From an uncultured Bordetella sp. (GTDB taxonomy: Bacteria; Pseudomonadota; Gammaproteobacteria; Burkholderiales; SG8-41): a stretch of 58,485 bases of DNA. Every line of letters starts with the position of its first letter. The stretch's first letter is position 1. Made by a program: the position numbers and the translations under genes. Positions 26,682-37,110 of the stretch are shown one piece after another. Location of the stretch: assembly GCA_964606765.1 (NCBI GenBank), contig CAZSIR010000004.1, positions 1-58,485 of the forward strand, given 5' to 3'. Under the pieces are notes generated by a model. The model saw nothing but the letters and a program-made list of their open reading frames with translations. It searched no databases and had not been told where the DNA came from.

Positions 26682-26936
26682 TCAGGATGCAAGCAGCGGA
26701 TCCAGCCCGCCGGCGCGATCCAGTGCGGCGAGGTCGTCGTAACCGCCGACATGCGTATCCCCGATGTAAATCTGCGGCACGGTCCTGCGCCCCGTTTTTT
26801 CCATCATCTCGCTGCGCTGCGCCGGGTCGAGATCGACGCGGACCTTGTCGATTTGCGCGCCCTTGCTTTGCAGCAGCCGTTCCGCCATCTGGCAGAACGG
26901 GCAGACTGCGGTGGTGTACATGCGGACCCTGGCCAT
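26682..26936 (-). CDS. grxC: glutaredoxin 3
   Basis: ORF trimmed to MARVRMYTTAVCPFCQMAERLL (CPFC active site) ... TVPQIYIGDTHVGGYDD. Confidence 0.9.
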   Translation of the reverse strand: MARVRMYTTAVCPFCQMAERLLQSKGAQIDKVRVDLDPAQRSEMMEKTGRRTVPQIYIGDTHVGGYDDLAALDRAGGLDPLLAS

Positions 26937-26952
26937 GGCGCTTGACTCCGTA

Positions 26953-27396
26953 CTATCTTTTTTCGAGCGGCATGCCGGCCTGTTCCCAGGCCCCGATGCC
27001 ACCATGCAGGCAAACCGATGCGTTGAAACCGTTGCGGCGCAGAACCTGCACGGCGGCATCAGAGCGCATGCCGCTGCGGCAGGCGACGATGATGGAACGT
27101 TCCTTGAATTTTTCCAGTTCCTTCAACCGTTCGGCCAGCTGTTTCTCCGGCACGTGCCGCGCACCGGCAATGTGGCCCGCCTCGTACTCGCCGGTATCGC
27201 GCACATCAATCACCAGCGCATCCTTGCGGTTGATCAGCTGGACGGCTTCGGTCACGCTGACCTCGCGGCCGGCGCGAAAGGGGCGCATCACCAGCGGCCA
27301 CAGCAGCATCGCACCGGTGGCGATCGCGCCGCCGAACAACATCATGTTGAACGGATTTTTCTGCAGAAAGACAAAAAAAGCTTCGAAGGAAGGCAT
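26953..27396 (-). CDS. rhodanese-domain membrane-anchored sulfurtransferase
   Basis: 147 aa with an N-terminal TM helix and the active-site loop ACRSGMRS. Confidence 0.8.
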   Translation of the reverse strand: MPSFEAFFVFLQKNPFNMMLFGGAIATGAMLLWPLVMRPFRAGREVSVTEAVQLINRKDALVIDVRDTGEYEAGHIAGARHVPEKQLAERLKELEKFKERSIIVACRSGMRSDAAVQVLRRNGFNASVCLHGGIGAWEQAGMPLEKR

Positions 27397-29210
27397 TATT
27401 TACCACCAGGAACGTGAGCTGCGGATTCTATCAGAGGACGGAAACGCTCTGGATGTTCTCGGAAAAGGTTCTCCAGTTCATGATTGAACTCGGGAGGGGC
27501 GGCCGGATAAACCCGCCGCAATCGAGCCAAGAGGGCCTGTGCCTCTGAAGTGCGATTGGCCAGCACCAGCAGCAGCACTTGCCGATAAAGTAAAACCAGC
27601 CTTGGAGTGAACCGGATCACCCGCGCATTCAGCAACAGCCGGCCCGGGAGATTTTCCTCAGTAACGGCCCATGGGAAGGCGGCAACCAGTTCGACGTAAG
27701 GGACCAGTATGGCGTTCTGGTAGAGCCGCGCCACCAGCGCCTGGGTATCGACGCTCCGGGACCGGTTGCCTGAAGGCTGAAGCAAGGCCTGAAGCTGGCG
27801 GTAGTCCCCCCACAAAATCGCAAGATTGAAGGTCCCGACCAGTATCACTGCCGTGGTAAATACTCGACCCACCTTCGCCAACTGAGGAACAAAAACCGGC
27901 CCCGCTCCAATTCCCAGCAGCAATGCCGCAATTCCAAGAAAATATGCATACCAAAGGGGGTACTCCAGCATGCTGTGTATCCCGAATACACCCATTGTCG
28001 CCAGCAACCACCACTGACCGGCATCGGGACGAATCCGCAGCACGGTGGCAATCCACACCAGCAGCGGGGCCAGAACAAGCGCCAGGCCAAGCACTCCGGT
28101 CTCCACAAAAAGCTGCAGCAGCACGTTATGCGCATTGTTGAAAAACACCGGCGGCCCAATTCCGCCGGGCTCGGCTATAAAATTGAAATACTGTTCGGCA
28201 AATGCGCCCCAGCCGACCCCAAAAAAAGGATTTTCCAGCGCAATCGACCAAGCGGCCCTCCAGAGACCGATGCGATCCGAAACGCTGTCTGCGCCGGAAA
28301 AGAGACGCTCAATGGCGGTAACCGTTGCCCGTTCCGGCGGCTTGAGCAAGCCCGCACCAACCGCAAGCTGCATTGCGTAATGCATTATCAGAAAAACGCC
28401 CGCCCATAAAAACAAGCGCCGCGCAGCACGATCTTCCGACCCCGACCGCAACCAGAATGCACATCCAAACGCTGTGAGCATATACAGCCAGGGGCTGCGC
28501 GACCCCGACACGCCCAGCACAAACAACAATGGCAAAGCACAAACAACCGCGACCGGGAGTGGCAGACGATTACGGCTGTGCAGATAGGCCAGGCTTAGCA
28601 GGCCCAGGGTCGTATAGGTGGCGAAGTGATTCGCTTGCGCCATATTGCCGAATATCGCAGCACCCTGCAGGCGAACGACAAAATCGTTCAACGGTGTTAT
28701 CACGTTGAAATACTGTATCAAGCCAACCGTCGCACTCAGCAAGGCCCCTGTCATGAGGCTGGCAGCCACAACAGTAGTGACATTCTCCAAACCGCTGATC
28801 CGCACCAGCGCCCTTGCCGCAATCACCAACAGACCGGCCCAGACCAGATACAGAGCCCCGGTCAGCGCATGGCCGAAATAAGGGGACCAGCCCATTGCAC
28901 CATGCACGACCACCAGAAGTGCGAGCCCGAAAGGCGAAAGCGCAACCCAAGGCACTTCGGCGGCAATCCAAGCCCGGCGATCGAGCATCACGACCATCAT
29001 TCCCAGTCCTGATGCAAATGCCAGCCACTCGCTATAAAACGACGTCAGCGGAAAATTATGAAATGGCTGCAGGAACGGGGTTATGCATAGAAGCGCGATA
29101 CAGACCAGGCTGGCGTAAACCAGCGGACCGCGCGGCGGAATCGGATTCAAGACAAGCTTCTGCGGCAGGCGTTGCAGAATGCGCAATTCGCCTCTGCCAG
29201 CCCGGGACAT
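27396..29210 (-). CDS. PglL/PilO-family O-oligosaccharyltransferase-like (Wzy_C / O-antigen-ligase superfamily) membrane protein
   Basis: 604 aa and polytopic. Motifs FPLTSFYSEWLAF, FGVGWGAF, HNVLLQLFVETGVLG and HSMLEYPLWYAYFLG match, from memory, the conserved blocks of Neisseria PglL. Its TAA stop overlaps the rhodanese ATG by 1 nt (TAATG). Confidence 0.7.
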   Translation of the reverse strand: MSRAGRGELRILQRLPQKLVLNPIPPRGPLVYASLVCIALLCITPFLQPFHNFPLTSFYSEWLAFASGLGMMVVMLDRRAWIAAEVPWVALSPFGLALLVVVHGAMGWSPYFGHALTGALYLVWAGLLVIAARALVRISGLENVTTVVAASLMTGALLSATVGLIQYFNVITPLNDFVVRLQGAAIFGNMAQANHFATYTTLGLLSLAYLHSRNRLPLPVAVVCALPLLFVLGVSGSRSPWLYMLTAFGCAFWLRSGSEDRAARRLFLWAGVFLIMHYAMQLAVGAGLLKPPERATVTAIERLFSGADSVSDRIGLWRAAWSIALENPFFGVGWGAFAEQYFNFIAEPGGIGPPVFFNNAHNVLLQLFVETGVLGLALVLAPLLVWIATVLRIRPDAGQWWLLATMGVFGIHSMLEYPLWYAYFLGIAALLLGIGAGPVFVPQLAKVGRVFTTAVILVGTFNLAILWGDYRQLQALLQPSGNRSRSVDTQALVARLYQNAILVPYVELVAAFPWAVTEENLPGRLLLNARVIRFTPRLVLLYRQVLLLVLANRTSEAQALLARLRRVYPAAPPEFNHELENLFREHPERFRPLIESAAHVPGGK

Positions 29211-29310
29211 GCCAAGCGTTCAATCATTGATGCCTTTGCTGCCGCCCAAGCGAGTGGAAATGAATTAGAATTATACTGCACTGCTTTTTTCTGAAAAATT
29301 CAATTAAATC

Positions 29311-30846
29311 ATGAAGATAACACCCGTACTGCTGGTCATCCTCGATGGCTTCGGCCATCGCGAGGCCTGCGACGACAATGCAATCTGCCAGGCGCGCAAA
29401 CCGCACTGGAATTTTCTCTGGAAAACCGCGCCGCACACGATCATCGATGCTTCCGAGAAATGGGTCGGCCTGCCCGCGCAGCAGATGGGCAATTCCGAAG
29501 TCGGCCACATGAACATCGGCGCCGGTCGGGTGATTTATCAGGACTACACCAAGATCGAACACGCGATCGAAACCGGCGAGTTTGCCTCCAATGCCGTGCT
29601 GAATGCCGCCATCGACAAGGCGCGCAACGGCGCATTGCACGTGCTCGGTTTGCTGTCGCCCGGTGGGGTGCACAGCCACGAATCGCAGATCCACGCCTTG
29701 CTTGACCTTGCTGCAAAAAAAGGCGCAAAACAGGTCCATGTTCACGCTTTCCTCGACGGCCGAGACACGCCGCCGCAGAGCGCCGGGGCCTCCCTCTCCG
29801 CGCTGGAGGACAAATGCCGGACGCTGGGCAATGCGCGAATCGCGTCGATCTGCGGCCGCTACTTTGCAATGGACCGGGACCAGCGCTGGGAGCGCATGCA
29901 GCCGGCCTACGAGTTGATCACCGATGGCGCCGCGACCCATTCCGCGCCGGATGCACTGTCCGCCCTGAAAGCCGCCTACGCGCGCGGTGAAACCGATGAG
30001 TTCATCAAAGCCACGGTGATTGCCGCACCGGGCGCGCAACCCGCGCGCATGAACGACGGCGATACGGCGGTCTTCATGAATTTCCGTTCGGACCGCGCAC
30101 GCCAGCTGACCGCCGCCCTGACCGACCCCGGATTCAGCGGATTCGCCCGCAAGCGCATCCCCGGACTGGCTTACTACTGCACCCTGACCTGCTACGGCGA
30201 GGATTTCGCGCACATCCCAGCGGCATTCGGTCCGCAGCAGATCCGTGAAGGTTTTGGTGAATACCTGGCGCAGCAGGGACTGCGCCAGCTGCGCATCGCG
30301 GAAACGGAAAAATACGCCCACGTGACCTACTTCTTCAACGGCGGCGTGGAAACGCCGTACGCCGGCGAAGACCGCGTCCTGGTGCCCTCCCCCAAGGTCG
30401 CCACCTACGACCTGCAGCCCGAGATGAGTGCGCGCGAAGTCACCGACAAACTGGTTGCGGCAATCCAGGCGCGCAAATACGACGCGATCGTGTGCAATTA
30501 CGCCAATGGCGACATGGTCGGGCACACCGGCAACCTGGCCGCCGCCACCCGCGCCATCGAGGTCCTCGATGAATGCATAGGCCGCATCGTCGAAGCCATG
30601 CGTGAAACCGGCGGCGAAGTGCTGATCACCGCCGATCACGGCAATGCCGAGACCATGCGCGACGAAGAGTCGCAGCAGCCGCATACCGCCCACACGCTCA
30701 ATCTGGTGCCCCTGCTCTATGTCGGCCGCAAGGCGCGCATGGCCGAAGGCGGCGCGCTGCAGGATGTGGCGCCCACCCTGCTGGCGATGATGGGCCTGCC
30801 CAAACCTGCCGCGATGACCGGGCGCTCACTGCTCGATTTTGCGTGA
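29311..30846 (+). CDS. gpmI: 2,3-bisphosphoglycerate-independent phosphoglycerate mutase
   Basis: 511 aa starting MKITPVLLVILDGFGHRE ... GNSEVGHMNIGAGR ... ITADHGNAE. Confidence 0.95.
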   Translation: MKITPVLLVILDGFGHREACDDNAICQARKPHWNFLWKTAPHTIIDASEKWVGLPAQQMGNSEVGHMNIGAGRVIYQDYTKIEHAIETGEFASNAVLNAAIDKARNGALHVLGLLSPGGVHSHESQIHALLDLAAKKGAKQVHVHAFLDGRDTPPQSAGASLSALEDKCRTLGNARIASICGRYFAMDRDQRWERMQPAYELITDGAATHSAPDALSALKAAYARGETDEFIKATVIAAPGAQPARMNDGDTAVFMNFRSDRARQLTAALTDPGFSGFARKRIPGLAYYCTLTCYGEDFAHIPAAFGPQQIREGFGEYLAQQGLRQLRIAETEKYAHVTYFFNGGVETPYAGEDRVLVPSPKVATYDLQPEMSAREVTDKLVAAIQARKYDAIVCNYANGDMVGHTGNLAAATRAIEVLDECIGRIVEAMRETGGEVLITADHGNAETMRDEESQQPHTAHTLNLVPLLYVGRKARMAEGGALQDVAPTLLAMMGLPKPAAMTGRSLLDFA

Positions 30847-32060
30847 CCGGCATCCCGCGCCCGATACCCGCGCTGCTGGTTTTCCTCCTGCTGCTGCCGG
30901 CCGCAGCCGGCGCCGCGACATCGCCGCAGGCGGCAAAAGATTTGCGTGAAGAACAGGCGCGCGAACAACGGCGCGAACTGCGCGAGCGTATTTCCACGCT
31001 GCAGAAAAAACTTGATGCCGCCGAGGAAACCAGGAACGAGGCCTCGGATGCGCTGCGCGAATCCGAGCAGGCGATCTCCGAGGCCAACCGCGAACTGCGC
31101 CTGCTGAATGCCCAGGCCCGCGAATCCGGCGCCAAACTCGGCGCACTGCGCAAATCATCCCAGGAAACCGGCCAAAAACTGGCCGCGCAGCAGGATCTGC
31201 TGGGCCGCATGCTGCGCCAGCAGTACCTGCAGGGCCAGTCGGATGCGCTGCGCCTGACCCTGGGTCGGGAAGACCCGAACGAAATGGCGCGCCAGCTGCG
31301 TTACCTGGCCTATGTTGCTGGCGCCCGCGCCCAGCTGGTCGAGGGCCTGCGCGGGAATCTGCGCGAAATCGACCGTCTTCAGTCGGAAATGGCCGAAGAA
31401 GCCGCGGCAATCGCGCGCATCGCCGCCGCGCAGACGGCCCAGAAAAAGCGCCTGGAACAGGAAAAACGCAGCCGCGCGGCCGTGCTGTCGAAAGTGTCGC
31501 GCGACATCCGTGTCCGGCAGCGTGAAATGCGCGGCCTGCAGGCCAACGAAAACCGTCTGACGCGTCTGGTCGACCAGCTGGCAAAACTGGTGGTGCGCAA
31601 GCCGGCGGCCGGTAACCGGCCGCGCATTGACGCAGTGCCGTCCAGCCAAAGTGACGGCAGTCCCTTCGCGGCGCTGCGCGGAAACCTGGCTTTGCCGGTG
31701 CGCGGGGAACTTGGCGGCCGGTTTGGCAGTCCACGTGCAGACGGGGGTGTAACCTGGAAAGGACTGTTCATCGCTGCCAAACCCGGAGAAGACGTTCGGG
31801 CGGTGGCCGGCGGCAGGGTGGTCTATGCCGACTGGTTGCGCGGCTTCGGCAATCTGTTGATTGTGGATCACGGTGACAGTTACATGACCCTCTATGCCAA
31901 TGCGGAAGCACTGCTGAAACAGGTGGGGGATCTGATCCGTGGCGGCGATGCCATCGCCACCGTCGGCAACAGCGGCGGCAATCCGGAATCGGGTTTATAC
32001 TTTGAAATGCGTCATGAAGGCCGGCCTTTCGACCCTTTGAACTGGGTCAAACTCCGTTAG
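30843..32060 (+). CDS. murein hydrolase activator EnvC-like (coiled coil plus M23/LytM domain)
   Basis: 405 aa. GTG start overlapping the gpmI stop. Long coiled coil and a C-terminal LytM domain (GFGNLLIVDHGDSYMTLYAN...GNSGG). Confidence 0.8.
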   Translation: MTGIPRPIPALLVFLLLLPAAAGAATSPQAAKDLREEQAREQRRELRERISTLQKKLDAAEETRNEASDALRESEQAISEANRELRLLNAQARESGAKLGALRKSSQETGQKLAAQQDLLGRMLRQQYLQGQSDALRLTLGREDPNEMARQLRYLAYVAGARAQLVEGLRGNLREIDRLQSEMAEEAAAIARIAAAQTAQKKRLEQEKRSRAAVLSKVSRDIRVRQREMRGLQANENRLTRLVDQLAKLVVRKPAAGNRPRIDAVPSSQSDGSPFAALRGNLALPVRGELGGRFGSPRADGGVTWKGLFIAAKPGEDVRAVAGGRVVYADWLRGFGNLLIVDHGDSYMTLYANAEALLKQVGDLIRGGDAIATVGNSGGNPESGLYFEMRHEGRPFDPLNWVKLR

Positions 32061-32130
32061 TTTTTCTGTCGTCGTCGCATCATCGCCAGGGCCGTAATTT
32101 TTTAGCCGCAATCCGCGGCAGGAGCATCAA

Positions 32131-33561
32131 ATGCGCAGCAAATTCAGTCAGGCAGGGCTGGTCATCGGTGGCGTTCTGATCGGCGTCGCCATCAGCCTCA
32201 ATTATTCGGCCATCGCCCAGCGCGGAACCACGGCCGCGGCAGTACCGTTGCCGATCGAGGAGCTGCGCGCCTTCACCGAAGTTTTCGGGCGGGTCAAAAG
32301 CGATTACGTCGAACCGGTTGAAGACAAAAAACTGATCAGCGAGGCCATCAACGGCATGCTGACCGGGCTGGACCCGCATTCCGCCTACCTTGACCAGGAG
32401 GCGTTCCGCGAACTGCAGGTCGGCACCCAGGGCGAATTCGGCGGCCTCGGCATCGAAGTCGGGATGGAAGACGGTTTCGTGCGCGTGGTGTCGCCGATTG
32501 ATGATTCCCCCGCCTCGCGCGCCGGCGTCAAGGCCGGTGACCTGATCGTCAAGCTCGATGAAACTTCGGTCAAGGGCATGACGCTGGGCGACGCGGTCAA
32601 ACGCATGCGCGGCAAGCCCAACACGCAGATCGTGCTCACCATCGTGCGCAAGGGCGAAACCAAACCCATCGTGGTTACCCTGACGCGCGCTGTCATCAAG
32701 ATCCAGAGCGTCAAATCCAAGCTGCTTGAGCCCGGTTACGCCTACATGCGCGTCAGCCAGTTCCAGGAACACACCGGCGACACGCTGGCGCGCGCGATTG
32801 AGAGCCTGTTCAAGGAAAACAAGGGCCCGATGAAGGGCATGGTGCTCGACCTGCGCAACGATCCGGGCGGCCTGCTCAACGGCGCGGTCGCGGTATCCGC
32901 CGCGTTCCTGCCGAAAGAGGCATTGGTGGTCTACACCGATGGCCGCACTGAAGACGCCAAGATGAAACTCAATGCCATCCCCGAGCATTACCTGCGCGGC
33001 CGCAGCAAGGAAGATTTCCTGAAACGGCTGCCTGCCGAAGCCAAGACCGTGCCGCTGGTGGTGCTGGTCAATGGCGGCTCGGCATCGGCCTCGGAAATCG
33101 TCGCCGGCGCGCTGCAGGATCATGAGCGCGCGGTGGTCATGGGCCAGCAGACCTTCGGCAAGGGCTCGGTGCAGACCATCCTGCCGCTGGGCAACAACAC
33201 TGCGATCAAGCTCACCACCGCGCGTTATTACACGCCGAAGGGACGCTCGATCCAGGCCAAGGGCATCACGCCTGACATCCCGCTGGACGAATTCGCCACT
33301 GATCGCGCCGCCCTGAAACTGCGCGAGGCCGACCTCACCAAGCATCTCGGTGAAAGCGCCGCGGTGGAAACGCCCGCCGAAAAAGCCCAGGCCGCCGCCA
33401 AATCGGCGCAGAAATACGGCTTCACCCCTGCGCCGCGGCCCAAGGATGTCGATGAAAAAACCCTGCGCCCCGAACCCGGCGCCATTGTTTCGCCGAACGA
33501 TTACGAACTGAACCAGGCGGTGGCATTCCTCAAAAGCCGCGGCGTCGGCAAAACCAACTGA
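32131..33561 (+). CDS. S41-family carboxy-terminal processing protease
   Basis: 476 aa with a PDZ segment and the catalytic block VLVNGGSASASEIVAGALQDH..GQQTFGKGSVQ. A GGAG Shine-Dalgarno is present. Confidence 0.9.
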   Translation: MRSKFSQAGLVIGGVLIGVAISLNYSAIAQRGTTAAAVPLPIEELRAFTEVFGRVKSDYVEPVEDKKLISEAINGMLTGLDPHSAYLDQEAFRELQVGTQGEFGGLGIEVGMEDGFVRVVSPIDDSPASRAGVKAGDLIVKLDETSVKGMTLGDAVKRMRGKPNTQIVLTIVRKGETKPIVVTLTRAVIKIQSVKSKLLEPGYAYMRVSQFQEHTGDTLARAIESLFKENKGPMKGMVLDLRNDPGGLLNGAVAVSAAFLPKEALVVYTDGRTEDAKMKLNAIPEHYLRGRSKEDFLKRLPAEAKTVPLVVLVNGGSASASEIVAGALQDHERAVVMGQQTFGKGSVQTILPLGNNTAIKLTTARYYTPKGRSIQAKGITPDIPLDEFATDRAALKLREADLTKHLGESAAVETPAEKAQAAAKSAQKYGFTPAPRPKDVDEKTLRPEPGAIVSPNDYELNQAVAFLKSRGVGKTN

Positions 33562-33579
33562 GCGGGATCATTTCAATGC

Positions 33580-33609
33580 AACGCCCGGCCCTGCCGGGCG
33601 TTGTTGTTT
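33580..33609 (+). terminator. rho-independent terminator after the ctp gene
   Basis: AACGCCCGGC-cct-GCCGGGCGTT stem followed by GTTGTTT, 19 nt after the stop codon. Confidence 0.55.
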
Positions 33610-33638
33610 ACAGCGGACGTAGCGGATAGATTCGGGCC

Positions 33639-34388
33639 ATGGACGACCATCAGCTGTTGCGTTACAGCCGGCATATCCTGCTGCCGGAAATCGGCATCGA
33701 AGGCCAGCAGCGCCTGCTCGATGGCCATGCGCTGCTGATCGGCGCCGGCGGCCTCGGCTCCCCTGCGGCGCTGTATCTGGCCTCTGCCGGCGTCGGCACC
33801 TTGACGATCTGCGACGGCGACACCGTCGACCTCACCAACCTGCAACGCCAGATCGTGCATCGCGAGTCGGCGGTCGGCACAAAAAAAACCGACTCGGCGC
33901 GGGACACGCTGCAAGGCATCAATCCCGGCATCCGCATCCAAACAGTGGCTGAACGTGTCGGCGGTGAACGGCTGCGGTCACTGGTGGCCGCCGCCGATGT
34001 GGTGCTCGACGGCAGCGACAACTTCGCGACCCGCCATGCGGTCAACCGCGCCTGCGTGGAGGCGCGCAAACCCCTGGTGTCCGGCGCCGGCATCCGATTT
34101 GACGGACAGCTCGCGGTATTCGACCTGCGGCGTGCGGAATCGCCGTGTTATGCCTGCCTGTTTCCGGAGTCCGGGGAAATGGAGGAAATGCGCTGCGCGG
34201 TGATGGGCGTATTTGCGCCACTGGTCGGCATCATCGGTGCGATGCAGGCCGCCGAGGCGCTGAAAATCCTCTCCGGCGCCGGTGAACCGATGAACGGACG
34301 CCTGCTGCTGCTCGATGCACTGGACATGGGCGTACGCACCATCAATCTGAAAAAGGATCCTGCCTGCGCCGTCTGCGCCGCGCCCTAG
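33639..34388 (+). CDS. moeB: molybdopterin-synthase adenylyltransferase (HesA/MoeB/ThiF family)
   Basis: 249 aa. LRYSRHILLPEIGIEGQQRL, LIGAGGLGSP and two CxxC pairs (CYAC, CAVC). Confidence 0.85.
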   Translation: MDDHQLLRYSRHILLPEIGIEGQQRLLDGHALLIGAGGLGSPAALYLASAGVGTLTICDGDTVDLTNLQRQIVHRESAVGTKKTDSARDTLQGINPGIRIQTVAERVGGERLRSLVAAADVVLDGSDNFATRHAVNRACVEARKPLVSGAGIRFDGQLAVFDLRRAESPCYACLFPESGEMEEMRCAVMGVFAPLVGIIGAMQAAEALKILSGAGEPMNGRLLLLDALDMGVRTINLKKDPACAVCAAP

Positions 34389-34438
34389 GCGCTTGAGTGC
34401 TTGCTGCGCCCGGGTGCCGGAGCGCCGGCGCCCCGCCC

Positions 34439-34780
34439 TCAGGTCTGCGTCATGTCGAGCGAGTCCCCATCGGCCGCGGATGCATCCCCCGCCGCCACCG
34501 GCGCGGCAGTGGTCCCGCTGATCAGCGCATCAAGATCGCGCGCCACCTTGTCCAGATCCGGCGCGTTGCGGCTGATCATCTGCAGCAGCAGGCGCGACGG
34601 AAAATCAGCCAGCGTTTCGGCATGGTTGGAGCGTATGCGGGAGGCGCTTTCCAGCGTCGGCCGGACATGGGTGAATTTGAATCCGGCTTTTGAATTTTCG
34701 ATCGAATCGATGATTGCCAGCTGCGCCCGCGCCACGCCGATCATCAGTTGCGCAAGCTGCTCGTTGTTTATTTCCGCCAT
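34439..34780 (-). CDS. hypothetical protein (113 aa, acidic Ala-rich tail)
   Basis: A GAGGAG Shine-Dalgarno lies 6 nt upstream of the ATG. The N-terminal 85 aa look helical and no motif is recognised. It is co-directional with and downstream of slmA. Confidence 0.5.
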   Translation of the reverse strand: MAEINNEQLAQLMIGVARAQLAIIDSIENSKAGFKFTHVRPTLESASRIRSNHAETLADFPSRLLLQMISRNAPDLDKVARDLDALISGTTAAPVAAGDASAADGDSLDMTQT

Positions 34781-34807
34781 GATGTTCTCCTCGACTTGTA
34801 TGAATGC

Positions 34808-35392
34808 TCAGGCAAGCACGCCTTCCATCAGCTGCTTCCACTGCCGCTGCCAGAATTCCGCCGGGTCGCGCCTGAAGCCGCTTTTTGCGTACTGGTGCCA
34901 GCGCCCCGCGACAAAACTCATCAGGATGTTGGCCTGCGCCGTGAGGTCGACGTCCTCGCCGATTTCCTTCTGTGTGACGGCGAACCGCAGCGCCTGCTTC
35001 AGCGCAGCCTCGATGCGGTCATGAATCTGGTTGATGCGGGACTGCAGCGCATCGTCTTCGGTGACCAGCGCATCACCGATCAGCACCCGTGTCATGCCGC
35101 GGTTTTTCTGCGCAAAACCCAGCAGCATGGTCATGATGGACTCGGCCTGGCGCAATCCGCTCTGCTCTTCGCTGGTGATGCGGTTGATCAGCGTGAACAG
35201 CGTCTGCTCGACGAAATCGATCAGGCCGGAAAACATGTCGGCCTTGCCCTTGAAATGACGGTACAGCGCCGCCTCGGAAACCTCGATGCGCGCAGCCAGC
35301 GCCGCCGTGGTGATGCGCTCCGCCGACGGTCCTTCCAGCATTTGCGCCAGGGTCTGCAGAATCTGTGTCTTGCGTTCGCCGCTGCGTGCCAT
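34808..35392 (-). CDS. slmA: nucleoid occlusion factor SlmA (TetR family)
   Basis: 194 aa. GERKTQILQTLAQMLE...ITTAALAARIEVSEAALYRHFKGKADMF resembles the E. coli SlmA HTH region. Confidence 0.75.
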   Translation of the reverse strand: MARSGERKTQILQTLAQMLEGPSAERITTAALAARIEVSEAALYRHFKGKADMFSGLIDFVEQTLFTLINRITSEEQSGLRQAESIMTMLLGFAQKNRGMTRVLIGDALVTEDDALQSRINQIHDRIEAALKQALRFAVTQKEIGEDVDLTAQANILMSFVAGRWHQYAKSGFRRDPAEFWQRQWKQLMEGVLA

Positions 35393-35400
35393 GCGTTTCC

Positions 35401-36045
35401 TCAGTACAGGTTTGCCGTGTGGCTGGACAACCGGGCTATGCCGTCAACGCGGATGTCGACATACGCCGGGGCGCGATCCGCTTTCGATATCCAGACTGTT
35501 TTCATGCCGAGCTTTTTTGCGGTGCGCAGATTGTCCAGTGAATCTTCGACCATGATACAGCGCCGCGGCCGCAGGTGATTGGCGCGGCACAGGCGCAAAA
35601 AACCGTAAACATCGGGTTTGGGGCGGAAATGCACGCGCTCAATCGTGAACAGCGCATCGAACAGATCGCTGATGCCCAGCACGCGCAGCACCGCCTTTGC
35701 GTAATTCACCGGCGCGTTGGAAAACACGAATTTTCGCCCCGGCAGGCGGCGCAGGGCATGACGCAGCAGCGGTTCACGCACCACCATGCGCCGCAAATCG
35801 GCAAACTGGTGGGTATGGTGGAGGAAATGCCCGGGATCGGTGCCGTGATGGCGCATCAGGCCGAGCAGCGTTGCGCCATAGCGCTGCCAGTAATTGCGCC
35901 GCAGTTCGCCCGCCGCCGCCTCGTCGAGCTGCAGGTGCTGCTGCAGATAGGCCGTCATCGCGCGGTTGATGTGCGGAAAGATGTGCGGCGTCGCATTGTG
36001 CAGGGTGTTGTCGAGATCAAAGATCCACGCGACATCGCGGGTCAT
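35401..36045 (-). CDS. HAD-family pyrimidine 5'-nucleotidase
   Basis: 214 aa. HAD motif I FDLDNTLH and motif IV VEDSLDNL. The position next to argB is typical of betaproteobacteria. Confidence 0.7.
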   Translation of the reverse strand: MTRDVAWIFDLDNTLHNATPHIFPHINRAMTAYLQQHLQLDEAAAGELRRNYWQRYGATLLGLMRHHGTDPGHFLHHTHQFADLRRMVVREPLLRHALRRLPGRKFVFSNAPVNYAKAVLRVLGISDLFDALFTIERVHFRPKPDVYGFLRLCRANHLRPRRCIMVEDSLDNLRTAKKLGMKTVWISKADRAPAYVDIRVDGIARLSSHTANLY

Positions 36046-36061
36046 GGCGCCGGCATTCCGG

Positions 36062-36964
<903 letters not shown>

Positions 36965-37026
36965 TCAGAGGGTCGGAATGGACACAAAGCGGCAAATGTA
37001 AGGGTTCACTCATTCTACCTGACGAC

Positions 37027-37057
37027 AAAAAAAGCGGCAGGCCTTTCGACCCGCCGC
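37027..37057 (-). terminator. rho-independent terminator after hsp20
   Basis: The minus strand reads GCGGCGGG-TCGAAAGG-CCTGCCGC followed by T7, 54 nt after the hsp20 stop. Confidence 0.7.
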
Positions 37058-37110
37058 TTTCCCGGCACGCATGAACCCGCGCTGCGCGCCCTGACCCGGA
37101 CAGCCCTTGC

